Program-made: the position numbers and the translations under genes
In this document: positions 28,034 to 38,800 of the stretch, piece after piece
Layout of the letters: every line of letters begins with the position of its first letter
Position numbering within the stretch: the first letter of the stretch is position 1
NCBI GenBank assembly: GCA_965202985.1
Contig: CBDBCF010000001.1
Location: 512,001 to 576,000 of the forward strand
Direction: 5' to 3'
Length of the DNA stretch: 64,000 bases
Source of the DNA: Longimicrobiales bacterium
GTDB lineage: Bacteria > Gemmatimonadota > Gemmatimonadetes > Longimicrobiales > Gaopeijiaceae
The notes under the pieces: generated by a model
Databases searched by the model: none
What the model was told of the DNA's origin: nothing
Seen by the model: only the letters and a program-made list of their open reading frames with translations

Positions 28034-28181
28034 GTTTATGTTCGGCAAGCCAATGTCCCGCCCACCGGTCCCCGGTGGACTTGAACAAGCGAGCCCGAGT
28101 CTCGTTGACCCCGCTTGCCGTTGAAGGCTATCTTGACTGAAGCCAATCGCGAGTGTCAGGAGGGCTGGTGGAGTCGCAACG

Positions 28182-31100
28182 TTGTTGGCAGCGGTGAGGA
28201 GGGCGGTCTCGGGCATACGCGGCTCGGCGTCCGGCGGCGGAGCGTGGATAGGTCTCGCCATCCCCTGCTTGCTGGCATCGATCGGAGGAGTGCCCGCCAG
28301 CGGAGCTGAAGCCCAGGCTCCGACGGTGAACCAGATCGTGTTCCGCGGCTTGGGGGCAGGCGACAGCACGTACTACCGGGACGAAGTGGTTCGGGTCCGC
28401 GTGTTCTTCACGCAGCACGTCACTGTGGACACGTCGGGCGGCGAGCCGTACCTGGACCTGACGGTCGGCGCGACGACGCGCCGGGCCGCATACAACTCTT
28501 CGCGGCAGAACTACCTGGGCTTCAGCTACCGTGTGCAGGCGGACGACTTCGACAGCGACGGCGTGAGCGTTCCAGCGAACAGCTTGAAGCTGAACGGCGC
28601 GACGGTCGTGGCGAAGAACGACACCACGGTCGGCGCGGATGTGGCCCACGACTCGGCGGCGGGCGGTCCGTCGCGCAAGGTGGACGGCAGCAAGTACCGG
28701 TCGCCGGAAGTGCGCAACGTGACGTTCAGCAACTCGCCGGCCAGCGGCGACACCTACGGGTACGGCGAGCAGATCGAGGCCTCGGTCGCCTTCGGTCATC
28801 GCGTCTTGCTGACCACGACGGGCGGCACGCCGACCTTGGCGCTGACGATCGGCGCGCACACCCGGCAAGCCACGCTCGGCACGCGGGCAGGGAAGCGGAC
28901 GCGCCTGACGTTCTCGTACACGGTGCAGTCGGCGGACCTTGCTCCGGCAGGCGCGAGCATCGCGGCGAACGCCTTGAGCCTGAACGGCGGCAAGATCACG
29001 CACGACTCCGACACCGCCACGCACGCGGTCCTCGCTCACGGGGCCGTAGCGGCCGATTCGACCCGCAAGGTGAGCGGCCGCCAGGGCCGCCCGCCGAAGG
29101 TCGAGGAGGTCGCGTTCGCCGGTCCCGCACCGAAGGACAGCGTGTACCGGCGGGGCGACACGATCGCGGTTCGTGTGGGGTTCGACGACTCGGTTGCGGT
29201 GAACACGGCGGGCGGCAAGCCGCAGGTGGCGCTGACGATCGGCGCGGCGACCAGACAGGCGACGTTCTCAGCGCACGGCGGCAAGGCGTTGGAGTTCGCG
29301 TATGTGGTGCAGGCGGCGGACCGGGACGCGGACGGCGTCGGCATCGCGGCGAACGCGCTGGCGCTGAACGGCGCGACGATCAGGGGAGTCGGCGCCGCGT
29401 CCGCGCGCGACGCCGACGTGACGCATCCGTTGGTGGAGGCGAGCGCGGCGCGGACGGTGGACGGGAGCAAGGTGCGGGCACCGGCGGTCCGCGGCGTCGC
29501 GTTCGCGGGCTCGGTGCCCGACGGGGGCACGTACCACTACGACGCCGAGGTGCGTGTCGAGGTCGTCTTCGACCGGAGCGTGGTGGTGAACGCTGCGGGT
29601 GGGAGTCCTCGGCTCGCGCTTGCGGTGGGGGCGCAGCAGCGGCACGCGGCGTTCGTGCCTTCGGCGAGCACCGCCACGGCGCTGGTGTTCGCGTACCGCG
29701 TGCAGTCGGCGGACGTGGATTCGGACGGCGCGAGCGTGGGCGCGAACGCGCTGGACCTGAACGGCGGCGCGATCAAGGCGGCAGCGGACAGCACGGTGTC
29801 GGCGAACGTGACGCACGACGCTTTGGCGTCCGACCTGACGAGGAAGGTGGACGGGCGACCGCGGATCACGGGCCTGGAGTTCCACAACACGCCTTTGAGC
29901 CCGCCGGCGCCGGGGGGCGTGTACGGGTACGAGGAACGGATATGGGTACTGGTGCGCTTCGATCAGAAGATGGTGTTGCAGCAGTGGGTGCACTTGCCGA
30001 TCGAAGTGGGGACGGACACGGTGCGAGCGCGGTTGAACGCGCGGCCGCGGGAGGAAGACAGGGCGGTGGTGTTCTACTACGTCATAACTCGCGATGCGGT
30101 GGACACGGACGGCGTGAGTGTGCCGAAGGGGTCGTTGCAGTTGAGCGGCGGGTGGTTGCGGGCGGCGTCGGACGGGGTGACGAATGCGCGGCTGGAACAT
30201 GACGGGCTTGCTGCGGACAGCAGCTGGCGGGTGAACGGGCGGCTGACGCCGGTACCGCGGCCGGTCGTGAACTTGTGGGAAGAGTTCCCGGCGAAAGGGA
30301 GCACGTACACGCGGCACGAGCGAATCAACATCAACGTGTCGTACACGGTTGCGGTGGCAGTGACGGGCACTCCGGAGCTGACGCTGAACCTGGGGACGGG
30401 GACGCGGCAGCTGGCGATGGTCAGCCACAGAGGCCGTGGGCTGTCCTTTGAGTACGTGGTGCAGGCGGGCGATGTGGACGCGGACGGCATCAGCGTGTCG
30501 GCGAACGCGTTGTCGTTGCCGAGCGGAGCGACGATCCGGGCGGCCGCAGACACGAGCGTGGTGGCGTCGCTGACGCACGACTCGCTGCCGGCGAGCGCGG
30601 CGCACAAGGTGGACGGGAGCCGGGCGGGAGCCGCAGATGTGGTGTCGCTGTCCGTCTATCCGCATCCGTCGAGCGACAGCACGTACACGCGCGGCGAGGA
30701 GTTGTACTTGGCTGTGCAGTTCGACCGCGACGTCGCGGTGGACACGACGGGCGGCCGGCCGCGGGTCGCGCTCGAGATCGGCGACTCGACGCGGCACGCG
30801 ACGTACGTGTGGCCGTTCACGAACACGCCGTCGCGGCGGGTGTTCATGTACGTGGTGCAGGCGGGCGACGTGGACGCCGACGGGCTGAGCATCGCCGCGG
30901 ACGCTTTGGAGCTGAACGGGGGCGCGATCACGGCGCCGGACGACACGGTGTCGGCGGACCTGTCGCACGACGCGCTGGCGCTGGGCTCGGCGTTCAAGGT
31001 GGACGGGAGGCGTGCGGGCGTTCCGCGCGTGCGCTGGATGTGGTTCAACGAGCCGGCGGAAGGCGACACGTACCTGCGAGGCGAGCGGGTCGTGGTGATA

Positions 31101-34100
31101 CTCGGCTTCGACCGCGCGACGGCGGTGGACACCGTCGGCGGGCGGCCGCGGATCGCGCTGCAAGTGGGCGACTCGACGCGCTACGCGACGTACCCGAGCA
31201 TTCCGCGCACGTGGACGAACTTCAACTTCGAGTACGTGGTGCAGGCGGGCGACGTGGACGCCGACGGGCTGAGCATCGCCGCGAACGCATTGGAGCTGAA
31301 CGGCGGCTCGTTCACGGCGCCGGGCGACACGACGCCGGCCGTCCTGACGCACGACTCGCTGCCGGCGAGCGCGGCGCACAAGGTGGACGGGCGCCGGGCG
31401 GGAGCCGCAGATGTGGTGTCGCTGTCCGTCTATCCGCATCCGTCGAGCGACAGCACGTACACGCGCGGCGAGGAGTTGTACTTGGCTGTGCAGTTCGACC
31501 GCGACGTCGCGGTGGACACGACGGGCGGCCGGCCGCGGGTCGCGCTCGAGATCGGCGACTCGACGCGGCACGCGACGTACATGTGGCCGTTCACGAACAC
31601 GCCGTCGCGGCGGGTGTTCATGTACGTGGTGCAGGCGGGCGACGTGGACGCCGACGGGCTGAGCATCGCCGCGGACGCTTTGGAGCTGAACGGGGGCGCG
31701 ATCACGGCGCCGGACGACACGGTGTCGGCGGACCTGTCGCACGACGCGCTGGCGCTGGGCTCGGCGTTCAAGGTGGACGGGAGGCGTGCGGGCGTTCCGC
31801 GCGCGCGCTGGATGTGGTTCAACGAGCCGGCGGAGGGCGACACGTACCTGCGAGGCGAGCGGGTCGTGGTGATGCTCGGCTTCGACCGCGCGACGGCGGT
31901 GGACACCGTCGGCGGGCGGCCGCGGATCGCGCTGCAAGTGGGCGACTCGACGCGCTACGCGACGTACCCGAGCGTTCCGCGCACGTGGACGAACTTCAAC
32001 TTCGAGTACGTGGTGCAGGCGGGCGACGTGGACGCCGACGGGCTGAGCATCGCCGCGAACGCATTGGAGCTGAACGGCGGCTCGTTCACGGCGCCGGGCG
32101 ACACGACGCCGGCCGTCCTGACGCACGACTCGCTGCCGACGAGCGCGGCGCACAAGGTGGACGGGCGCCGGGCGTCCGGCGACGCCGAGCCGGAGGAGAA
32201 TCGGCCGCCGGAAGTCGTGTCGGCGATCGCGCCCATGACGATCGAGGTGGCAAGCCCGGCGGCGGTCGTCGACCTGTCGGCGCACTTCCGCGACCCGGAC
32301 GGCGACGAACTCGGCTACTCCGCCGTCTCGGCAGCGCCGCGCTCGGTGCGGGCGGACGTGACGGGCGGCACCTTGACGGTCGCGCCGCTGGCGGTGGGCG
32401 AGTCGCTGGTGACGGTGCGGGCGGCGGACCCCGACGGTGCGGAGGCGGAGCAGAGCTTCATGGTGACGGTCGAGGCGTCGCGTGCGGACCGCGCCCGGAT
32501 CATGAAGCGTTCGCTGGCCGCGTTCGGCCGTGCCGTCGGGACCGAGACGGTGGAAGCGATCGGCGGGCGGCTGGGCGCGGCGGACGACGGTCCCGGCGCA
32601 GCGGCGGGCGAGGCGCATCTCCAAGTCGGCGGCCGGTTGCTGTCGTGCGTGGGCGCCGGCGAACGCTGCGGCTTGGGGGAGCTGGCCCGACAGGCCGCCG
32701 ACGTGCTCGGCTTGCGAGCGTCGCAGGGCGCGGGCAGCCTGGCGTCGGCGCTGTGGGCGGCCGCGAAGGGGAGCCACGACGCGGGCGCGCTGCGCGGGCT
32801 GGCCGGCGCCTTCGGACGACCAGGCGAGACCGGCGCAACGGCCGTCTTCGGCACGTCTGGCAGCTTCGGCCCGACGGCGAACCTCGGTCCAACGGCGCAC
32901 CTCGGCTCGGCGGCCGGCTACGGCGTCGGCGGCTTCGGCGCAACGGCCGACGGGGCGGCTGCCCCCGACGCCCGCTTTGCCGGCCCGCGCGGCGGCCGCG
33001 CCGGCTGGGGGCGGCTGGTCAGCGTGGACCCCGTGTCGCGCGAGGAGTTGCTGGCGCGTTCGTCGTTCCGGTTCTCGCCGGGCACCGGCCGGCGGGCGAC
33101 GCCCGGCGGCTGGACGTTCTGGGGCCAAGCCAACGCCGGCGGATTCAAGGGCCGGCCCGAAGACGACCTCGCGCTCGACGGCACGGTCCGCTCGGCATAC
33201 CTGGGCGCCGACTACCGGTTCGGAACGGGGCCGCTGGTCGGCTTGGCGCTGTCGCGCACGACCAGCTCGATCGGCTTCGAGAGCGGGGTCAACGGCACGG
33301 GCGCCGTGGACGCCCGCCTGACCAGCTTGTACCCGTACGCGCAGTGGTCGCCGCGCGCCGGGTTGAGCCTGTGGGGGCTGGTCGGCGCGGGCCGCGGCAC
33401 GGCCGAGCTGTCGGAGGACGCGACGGGCCGCGACTTCGCGACGAACATCGGGATGGCGATGACGGCGGCGGGCGCGCGCCAGCGGCTGACGGGCGTGCTG
33501 GCCGTCAAGGCGGACGCCTTCGCGGTGCGCACCGACGCCGAGGAGGCTCGCGGGTTGGCGGGCGTCGTGGCCAACATCCAGCGGTTGCGCTTGGCGTCGG
33601 AGGTCGGGGGCCGTTGGGGCTTGTCGGGCGGCACGGCGTTCACCTCGCGGATCGAGCTGGGCGCTCGGTTCGACGGCGGCGACGCGGAGACGGGGGCGGG
33701 CGCGGAGGCGGGCGGGGGGATCGGCTACGTGCACGAGGGCATCGGGTTGAGCGTGGACGCGCGCGGTCGGGCGCTGGTGGCGCATCAGGCGTCGTCGTTG
33801 CGGGAGTGGGGCGCGAGCGTCGCGGTCCGTCTGCAGCCGAGTCGCGAAGCGGGCGGCTTGTCGTTCGCCATCGAGCCGACCTGGGGCAACGCGGCAAGCG
33901 GCATGGCGATGCTGTGGCGCGACGGGCCGGCGGGCGGCACGGGCGCGGGCGGCGCGGCCCTGGGCACCTCGTCCGCGTGGCAAGCCGGGGGCGGGCCGCT
34001 TGCGGGCGGGCGCGCAAGCTCGAGCGCGGACCGTCTCCGGATGGAGATGGACTACGCGATCGTGTTGCCGGACGGGGGCCGCGTGGCGCCGTTTGGGCGG

Positions 34101-34259
34101 TGGACGGCCGAGAGTGGTTCGGCGCGCTGGCTGAATGTGGGAGTTCGGCTGTCCGTGCTGGAAGCGGCGACGCTCGACCTGTTCGGCGAGCAGGTGTCGG
34201 GCGGCGCCCAGCCCGCCGATCGCCGGCTCGGCCTGCAGGGAGCCGTTCGGTTCAGGTGA
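28182..34259 (+). CDS. Giant surface protein: ten Ig-like repeats, cadherin-like domain, C-terminal autotransporter-type beta-barrel
   Basis: Signal peptide; ten ~125-130 aa repeats ending FxYxVQAGDVDADGxSIAANALxLNGG; NRPPEV...HFRDPDGDELGYSA; WTFWGQ...YLGADYR...terminal VRFR. Confidence 0.85.
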   Translation: MLAAVRRAVSGIRGSASGGGAWIGLAIPCLLASIGGVPASGAEAQAPTVNQIVFRGLGAGDSTYYRDEVVRVRVFFTQHVTVDTSGGEPYLDLTVGATTRRAAYNSSRQNYLGFSYRVQADDFDSDGVSVPANSLKLNGATVVAKNDTTVGADVAHDSAAGGPSRKVDGSKYRSPEVRNVTFSNSPASGDTYGYGEQIEASVAFGHRVLLTTTGGTPTLALTIGAHTRQATLGTRAGKRTRLTFSYTVQSADLAPAGASIAANALSLNGGKITHDSDTATHAVLAHGAVAADSTRKVSGRQGRPPKVEEVAFAGPAPKDSVYRRGDTIAVRVGFDDSVAVNTAGGKPQVALTIGAATRQATFSAHGGKALEFAYVVQAADRDADGVGIAANALALNGATIRGVGAASARDADVTHPLVEASAARTVDGSKVRAPAVRGVAFAGSVPDGGTYHYDAEVRVEVVFDRSVVVNAAGGSPRLALAVGAQQRHAAFVPSASTATALVFAYRVQSADVDSDGASVGANALDLNGGAIKAAADSTVSANVTHDALASDLTRKVDGRPRITGLEFHNTPLSPPAPGGVYGYEERIWVLVRFDQKMVLQQWVHLPIEVGTDTVRARLNARPREEDRAVVFYYVITRDAVDTDGVSVPKGSLQLSGGWLRAASDGVTNARLEHDGLAADSSWRVNGRLTPVPRPVVNLWEEFPAKGSTYTRHERININVSYTVAVAVTGTPELTLNLGTGTRQLAMVSHRGRGLSFEYVVQAGDVDADGISVSANALSLPSGATIRAAADTSVVASLTHDSLPASAAHKVDGSRAGAADVVSLSVYPHPSSDSTYTRGEELYLAVQFDRDVAVDTTGGRPRVALEIGDSTRHATYVWPFTNTPSRRVFMYVVQAGDVDADGLSIAADALELNGGAITAPDDTVSADLSHDALALGSAFKVDGRRAGVPRVRWMWFNEPAEGDTYLRGERVVVILGFDRATAVDTVGGRPRIALQVGDSTRYATYPSIPRTWTNFNFEYVVQAGDVDADGLSIAANALELNGGSFTAPGDTTPAVLTHDSLPASAAHKVDGRRAGAADVVSLSVYPHPSSDSTYTRGEELYLAVQFDRDVAVDTTGGRPRVALEIGDSTRHATYMWPFTNTPSRRVFMYVVQAGDVDADGLSIAADALELNGGAITAPDDTVSADLSHDALALGSAFKVDGRRAGVPRARWMWFNEPAEGDTYLRGERVVVMLGFDRATAVDTVGGRPRIALQVGDSTRYATYPSVPRTWTNFNFEYVVQAGDVDADGLSIAANALELNGGSFTAPGDTTPAVLTHDSLPTSAAHKVDGRRASGDAEPEENRPPEVVSAIAPMTIEVASPAAVVDLSAHFRDPDGDELGYSAVSAAPRSVRADVTGGTLTVAPLAVGESLVTVRAADPDGAEAEQSFMVTVEASRADRARIMKRSLAAFGRAVGTETVEAIGGRLGAADDGPGAAAGEAHLQVGGRLLSCVGAGERCGLGELARQAADVLGLRASQGAGSLASALWAAAKGSHDAGALRGLAGAFGRPGETGATAVFGTSGSFGPTANLGPTAHLGSAAGYGVGGFGATADGAAAPDARFAGPRGGRAGWGRLVSVDPVSREELLARSSFRFSPGTGRRATPGGWTFWGQANAGGFKGRPEDDLALDGTVRSAYLGADYRFGTGPLVGLALSRTTSSIGFESGVNGTGAVDARLTSLYPYAQWSPRAGLSLWGLVGAGRGTAELSEDATGRDFATNIGMAMTAAGARQRLTGVLAVKADAFAVRTDAEEARGLAGVVANIQRLRLASEVGGRWGLSGGTAFTSRIELGARFDGGDAETGAGAEAGGGIGYVHEGIGLSVDARGRALVAHQASSLREWGASVAVRLQPSREAGGLSFAIEPTWGNAASGMAMLWRDGPAGGTGAGGAALGTSSAWQAGGGPLAGGRASSSADRLRMEMDYAIVLPDGGRVAPFGRWTAESGSARWLNVGVRLSVLEAATLDLFGEQVSGGAQPADRRLGLQGAVRFR
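30570..32174 (+). repeat. Near-perfect 774-bp tandem duplication (2.1 units)
   Basis: Unit starts CTGACGCACGACTCGCTGCC at 30570, 31344 and 32118; about seven substitutions seen by eye. Confidence 0.97.
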
Positions 34260-34299
34260 CCGTCTACCCTTTCCGTTGCGCACCGCCAGTCTCCGGTCG

Positions 34300-34848
34300 C
34301 TACTCCACCCCCGCCACTGTGCTCCGGCACTCCAGCAGTATCGTGTCTCGCCAGCGGCCGTCGTGAAATCGCCCGATCCGCTCGCGTGTGCCCACCACGC
34401 GGAAGCCTGCCCGCTTGTGCGCTCGAACGGACGCCACGTTTTCGGGGAACACGCTGGCTTGGAGGGTCCAGACGCCCGCTTCGTCGGCGGCGCGGGTCAG
34501 CGCCAGCAGGAGTCGCCCGCCTAGCCCTTGACCGCGCGCGTCCTGTGCCACGTAGACCATGACCTCGCACACGCCGGCGTACACGGGCCGGGCGGAGACG
34601 GCGCCGATGCACGCGAACCCAACCACGCGCCCGTTCGCTTCCGCCACGATCCGGCAGTCCGGCCGACGGGCAGCATCCCATTCGTCCCAACCGGGGACCC
34701 GAGTCTCGAAGGTGGCGTCGCCGCTGTCGATCCCCTGTCGATATATCGCGGCCACGGCCGGCCAGTCGCTTGGCGCCATGGGGCGCAGCGCGGCTGGGAG
34801 CGCGTCGCGGCGTCGGCCGCCGGTATGCGCGCGGCCTAGCTGCGTCAT
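34300..34848 (-). CDS. GNAT N-acetyltransferase (phosphinothricin acetyltransferase/YncA-like)
   Basis: AIYRQGIDSGDATFE...ARGQGLGGRLL...SVFPENVASVRAHKRAGFRVVG...WRDTILLE; ATGA overlap. Confidence 0.9.
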   Translation of the reverse strand: MTQLGRAHTGGRRRDALPAALRPMAPSDWPAVAAIYRQGIDSGDATFETRVPGWDEWDAARRPDCRIVAEANGRVVGFACIGAVSARPVYAGVCEVMVYVAQDARGQGLGGRLLLALTRAADEAGVWTLQASVFPENVASVRAHKRAGFRVVGTRERIGRFHDGRWRDTILLECRSTVAGVE

Positions 34849-35726
34849 CCGCCCTCGGCAGCGCCGTCCTTGAACGACCCCGTGCGCAGGAACCGGACCA
34901 CTGCGTCGGCGGCGTGGCGGCTGTTCATGATGAAGGTGTGCGAGCGAGGCAATACGATCATGGGCACATCCGCCAGCCTGGCGCGCTCGACGGCGACGAT
35001 GCCGTCGTCGGGACCCTCGATGACCACCGACCCCACCGGGTTCAAGCTGCGGTTGCCCATGATCACGCCTACCTCGAAAGCGGGGGGCGGCAACATGGCG
35101 GGAAGGTCCTCCATCCCGGTGCCCAGGGCTCGCCCCGAGGGCCCAAGGGCGTCCGACGCAAGGGGGATCTCCCGCAGCCGCTCTGCCAGTTCGCTGCCTT
35201 GGTTGGGCGGCGAAAGGAGGACGACGCGACCCAGCGAATCGGGGGGCGAGGCCGCCAAGTAGCTGCGCACCACGATGCCGCCCAGAGAATGGCCGACGAA
35301 GTGAACGCGACGCGCCTCCAAGCAACAGCTTTCCACCTCTGCGCGCACGCTCGCCACATGCTCGGACACGGACGCCGAAAGCGACTCGTAGCCGACGACG
35401 GCGACCTCGTATCCGGCCCAACGAAGGCGCTGCGCAAGAACGGCCATGGAGTGCTCGGTGCGCCCAAGCCCATGGACGAGCACCACGAATTCGGGCGCTT
35501 CCTGCGCATCGGGCGGCGGGGCGGCCTCGGGACTGCACGCCAGCGCGGCGCAAAGAAGGCTCCAGCGCCGGACACGACTCCGAGAGACGCGCACACGCCT
35601 CCACCAGCGGGGCGCACGGCTCCGAGACGAGGACGCACGGCACCAAGGCCGGAGTGCACGCTTCGGGGACTGGGACGCACGGCACCGACCGCGGAGCGTG
35701 CCTGTCAATGGTCGAAACGGCTTCAT
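34845..35726 (-). CDS. Alpha/beta hydrolase (lipase/esterase-like), probably exported
   Basis: VVLVHGLGR, GHSLGG, PPNQGSE, PDDGIV, SHTFIM. Confidence 0.88.
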   Translation of the reverse strand: MKPFRPLTGTLRGRCRASQSPKRALRPWCRASSSRSRAPRWWRRVRVSRSRVRRWSLLCAALACSPEAAPPPDAQEAPEFVVLVHGLGRTEHSMAVLAQRLRWAGYEVAVVGYESLSASVSEHVASVRAEVESCCLEARRVHFVGHSLGGIVVRSYLAASPPDSLGRVVLLSPPNQGSELAERLREIPLASDALGPSGRALGTGMEDLPAMLPPPAFEVGVIMGNRSLNPVGSVVIEGPDDGIVAVERARLADVPMIVLPRSHTFIMNSRHAADAVVRFLRTGSFKDGAAEGG

Positions 35727-35843
35727 TGCTCCAATATACGTATCCGGCGTGGTCTGGTTCCGGCGGCACGGGTCCGCTTGCTCATACAAGCGCCACTGGG
35801 CTACGATGGGCGTGTGCGGGGTCAACCATTAGCATAGGGAACG

Positions 35844-38800
35844 ATGCACGAAGCGACGCGAGGACCGAGTACGCGAGGGACAAGAACGCCGGGACGAGTG
35901 AGGCGGAAGACGAGCCGGGCGTTGGCGGGGATCATTGTTGCCGTGATTGCGGCGGCCTGTGAAGGGTCGGTCGAACCCGAACCTCCGCGCGCCGCATCGA
36001 TCGCTGTCTCGCCGGCATCGGCTGGGCTGGCGTTCCTGGGAGACACGGCCGTCTTCGTCGCAGTCGTGAGAGATCAGTACGGCGCCGAGTTCAGCGCCTC
36101 GCCGAGCTGGTCCAGCAGCGACCCGACCGTGTTCACGATCAGCGGCGCGGGCGTTGCGACGGCCGTGGGAAACGGCACCGGCGTGGTGACCGCATCGCTC
36201 CTGGACCTGAGCGCCACGGCCACGGTCGAGGTGGCGCAGCAAGCGGCGTCGGTCGAAGTCGTCTCCGGCGGCGACCAGAGCGCCAGGCAGGGCCGAGCGC
36301 TGGGCGATTCCATAGTCGTGCGGGTCGTCGACGCGGGCGGCGCGGGAGTGTCGGGCGTGCGTGTCTCGTTCACGCCTGCGGAGGGGGACGGAAGCGTGGC
36401 GCCGGGCTCGGCGACCAGCGATTCGGCGGGGCTGGCGGCAACGGCCTGGACGCTGGGCGACTATCCGGGCGAGCAGCGATTGGCGGTGGCGGTGACCGCC
36501 CCGGGCGGCCCGTCGGTGGACATCTCGGCGACGGCGCTTACGCCGGAAGAGACGGTGGCGTCGCTCGAAGTTGCGTCGGGAGGCGAGCAGCGCGTTCGGC
36601 GCGGGCGTGCGCTGGGCGATTCCATAGTCGTACGGGCCACGGACGCGGAAGGCGAAGTCGTCGAGGGCGCAGTGATCGTGTTTGCGCCCGCAGAGGGGAA
36701 CGGGTCGACCTCGCCCGACTCGGTGACCAGCGATTCGGCGGGGTTGGCAGCGACGTTGTGGACGCTAGGCGACCCCCTGGGCGAGCAGCGGCTGGCGGCA
36801 TCGGCAGCCACGGTCGGCAGCCCGACGGTGGAGGTCTCGGCGACGGCGCTCACGCCGGAAGAGACGGTGGCGTCGCTTGCAGTCGTTGCGGGGGACGAGC
36901 AACGCGGTCGGCGGGCGCGCGCGCTGGGAGATTCCATAGTCGTACGGGCCACGGATGCGGAAGGCGAAGTCGTCGAGGGCGCAGTGATCGTGTTTGCGCC
37001 TGCCGACGGGAACGGGACGGTCGCGCCCGACTCGGTGACCAGCGACTCCGCCGGGCTGGCGGCAACGGCCTGGACATTGGGCGACGAACTGGGCGCGCAA
37101 CAACTGGCGGCGTCGGTGGCCACAGCCGGCGGCCCGACGGTGGACATCTCGGCCACGGCGGTCACGCCGGAAGAGGCGGTCGCGTCGCTCGAAGTCGCGT
37201 CGGGGGGCGAACAGCGCGGTCGGCGCGGGCGCGCGCTGGGCGATTCCATAGTCGTGCGGGCCACGGACGCAGAGGGCGAAGCCGTCAAAGGAGCCGTGAT
37301 CGTCTTCGTGCCCCCGGAGGGAAACGGTACGGTCGCGCCCGATTCGGTGGTCAGCGACTCCGCTGGGCTGGCGGCAACGGCCTGGACGCTGGGCGACCGC
37401 CTGGGCCAGCAGCGCTTGACGGCGTCGGCAGCCACGCCCGGCGGCCCGACGGTGGACGTCTCGGCCACGGCGGTCACGCCGGAAGAGGCGGTCGCGTCGC
37501 TTGAAGTCTTGTCGGGAAGCGGGCAACAGGCAGTGCAAGGCAGCACGCTGGGCGATTCCATAGTCGTCAAGGCCACAGACGCGGAGGGCGAAGCCGTCGA
37601 GGGCGCCGTGATCGTCTTCGCGCCTGCCGACGGACACGGCGTCGCATACCCGGACTCGGCAGCCACCGACCCCACCGGAACCGCCCGGACAGCTTGGACG
37701 CTGGGCGACCGGCCCGGCGACCAGAACCTAGTGGTCACCGTCGCCGTTGCAGGCGGTCCCTCCGTGCAAGCCACGGCCACCGCCACGCGTCGCGACAACC
37801 GTCCGCCGGAAGTGGCCGAGTCGCTCCCGCTGCACATCCTGACCGCCGGCGGGCGACAACTGAGGCTGGACGGTTCCGATCACTTCTACGATGTAGACGG
37901 CGACCCCATCTCCTATTCCGCGGCATCGAGTCAACCCGCCGTCGTGGACGTGTCCGTGGGAAGCTTCGGCGTCATCACGCTGACCACCGGATCGCCTGGG
38001 ATCACCGACATCGCGTTGGTCGCGACCGACCCCAGCGGCGCCGTCGGGCACCTGTACTTCTCGGCGATCGTGTTGCAGGTACCGGGCAGCGCCACCTTCG
38101 ACATCGATCTCGTTTGGCTGTCTCCCGGTTCCAGGCGTCAGAACCAAGCGCTTCGCAGCGCGGCCGCGCGCTGGCAACAGGTTGTGACAGCGGACATTCC
38201 GAACGTCCAGTTCTCGGGCCAGGAATACAACTGGTGCGGCTTGCAATTCCGCATCTACGCGGAACTCGACGACCTCGCGGTGTTTACCGTCATCAGAAAC
38301 ATCGACGGCGCCGGCGGCACGCTGGGACTGGCGGGACCGTGCGTAGTCCGCTCAGAAGGGTTGTTGCCTATGTTCGCCACCGTCGTATTCGATTCGTCCG
38401 ACCTGGACCGCTTCGACGACGTGGGCCTCTCGGACTTGGCACTTCACGAGCTGGGTCACACCCTTGGAATCGGCACGCTGTGGGGCAACTTCGGCCTATT
38501 GCAAGACCCGTCCGTGCCCGACAACGCCGGCGCCGACACGCACTTCACGGGCCCGAGCGCCGTTGCGGCCTTCAACGACGCCGGCGGCCTCGGCCACTCC
38601 GGCGGAAAGGTTCCCGTGGAGAACAAAGGAGTGCAGGGCTCCAGCGATTCCCATTGGCGCGATTCGGTCTTCGGCAACGAGCTGATGAACCCGTACTACC
38701 AATCCGAGAAGAGTCCGCTCAGCGCCATCACGATCCAGTCGCTGGCCGACATGGGCTATGCGGTAGACGTCGCCCAGGCCGACCCGTACACGCTGCCCGC

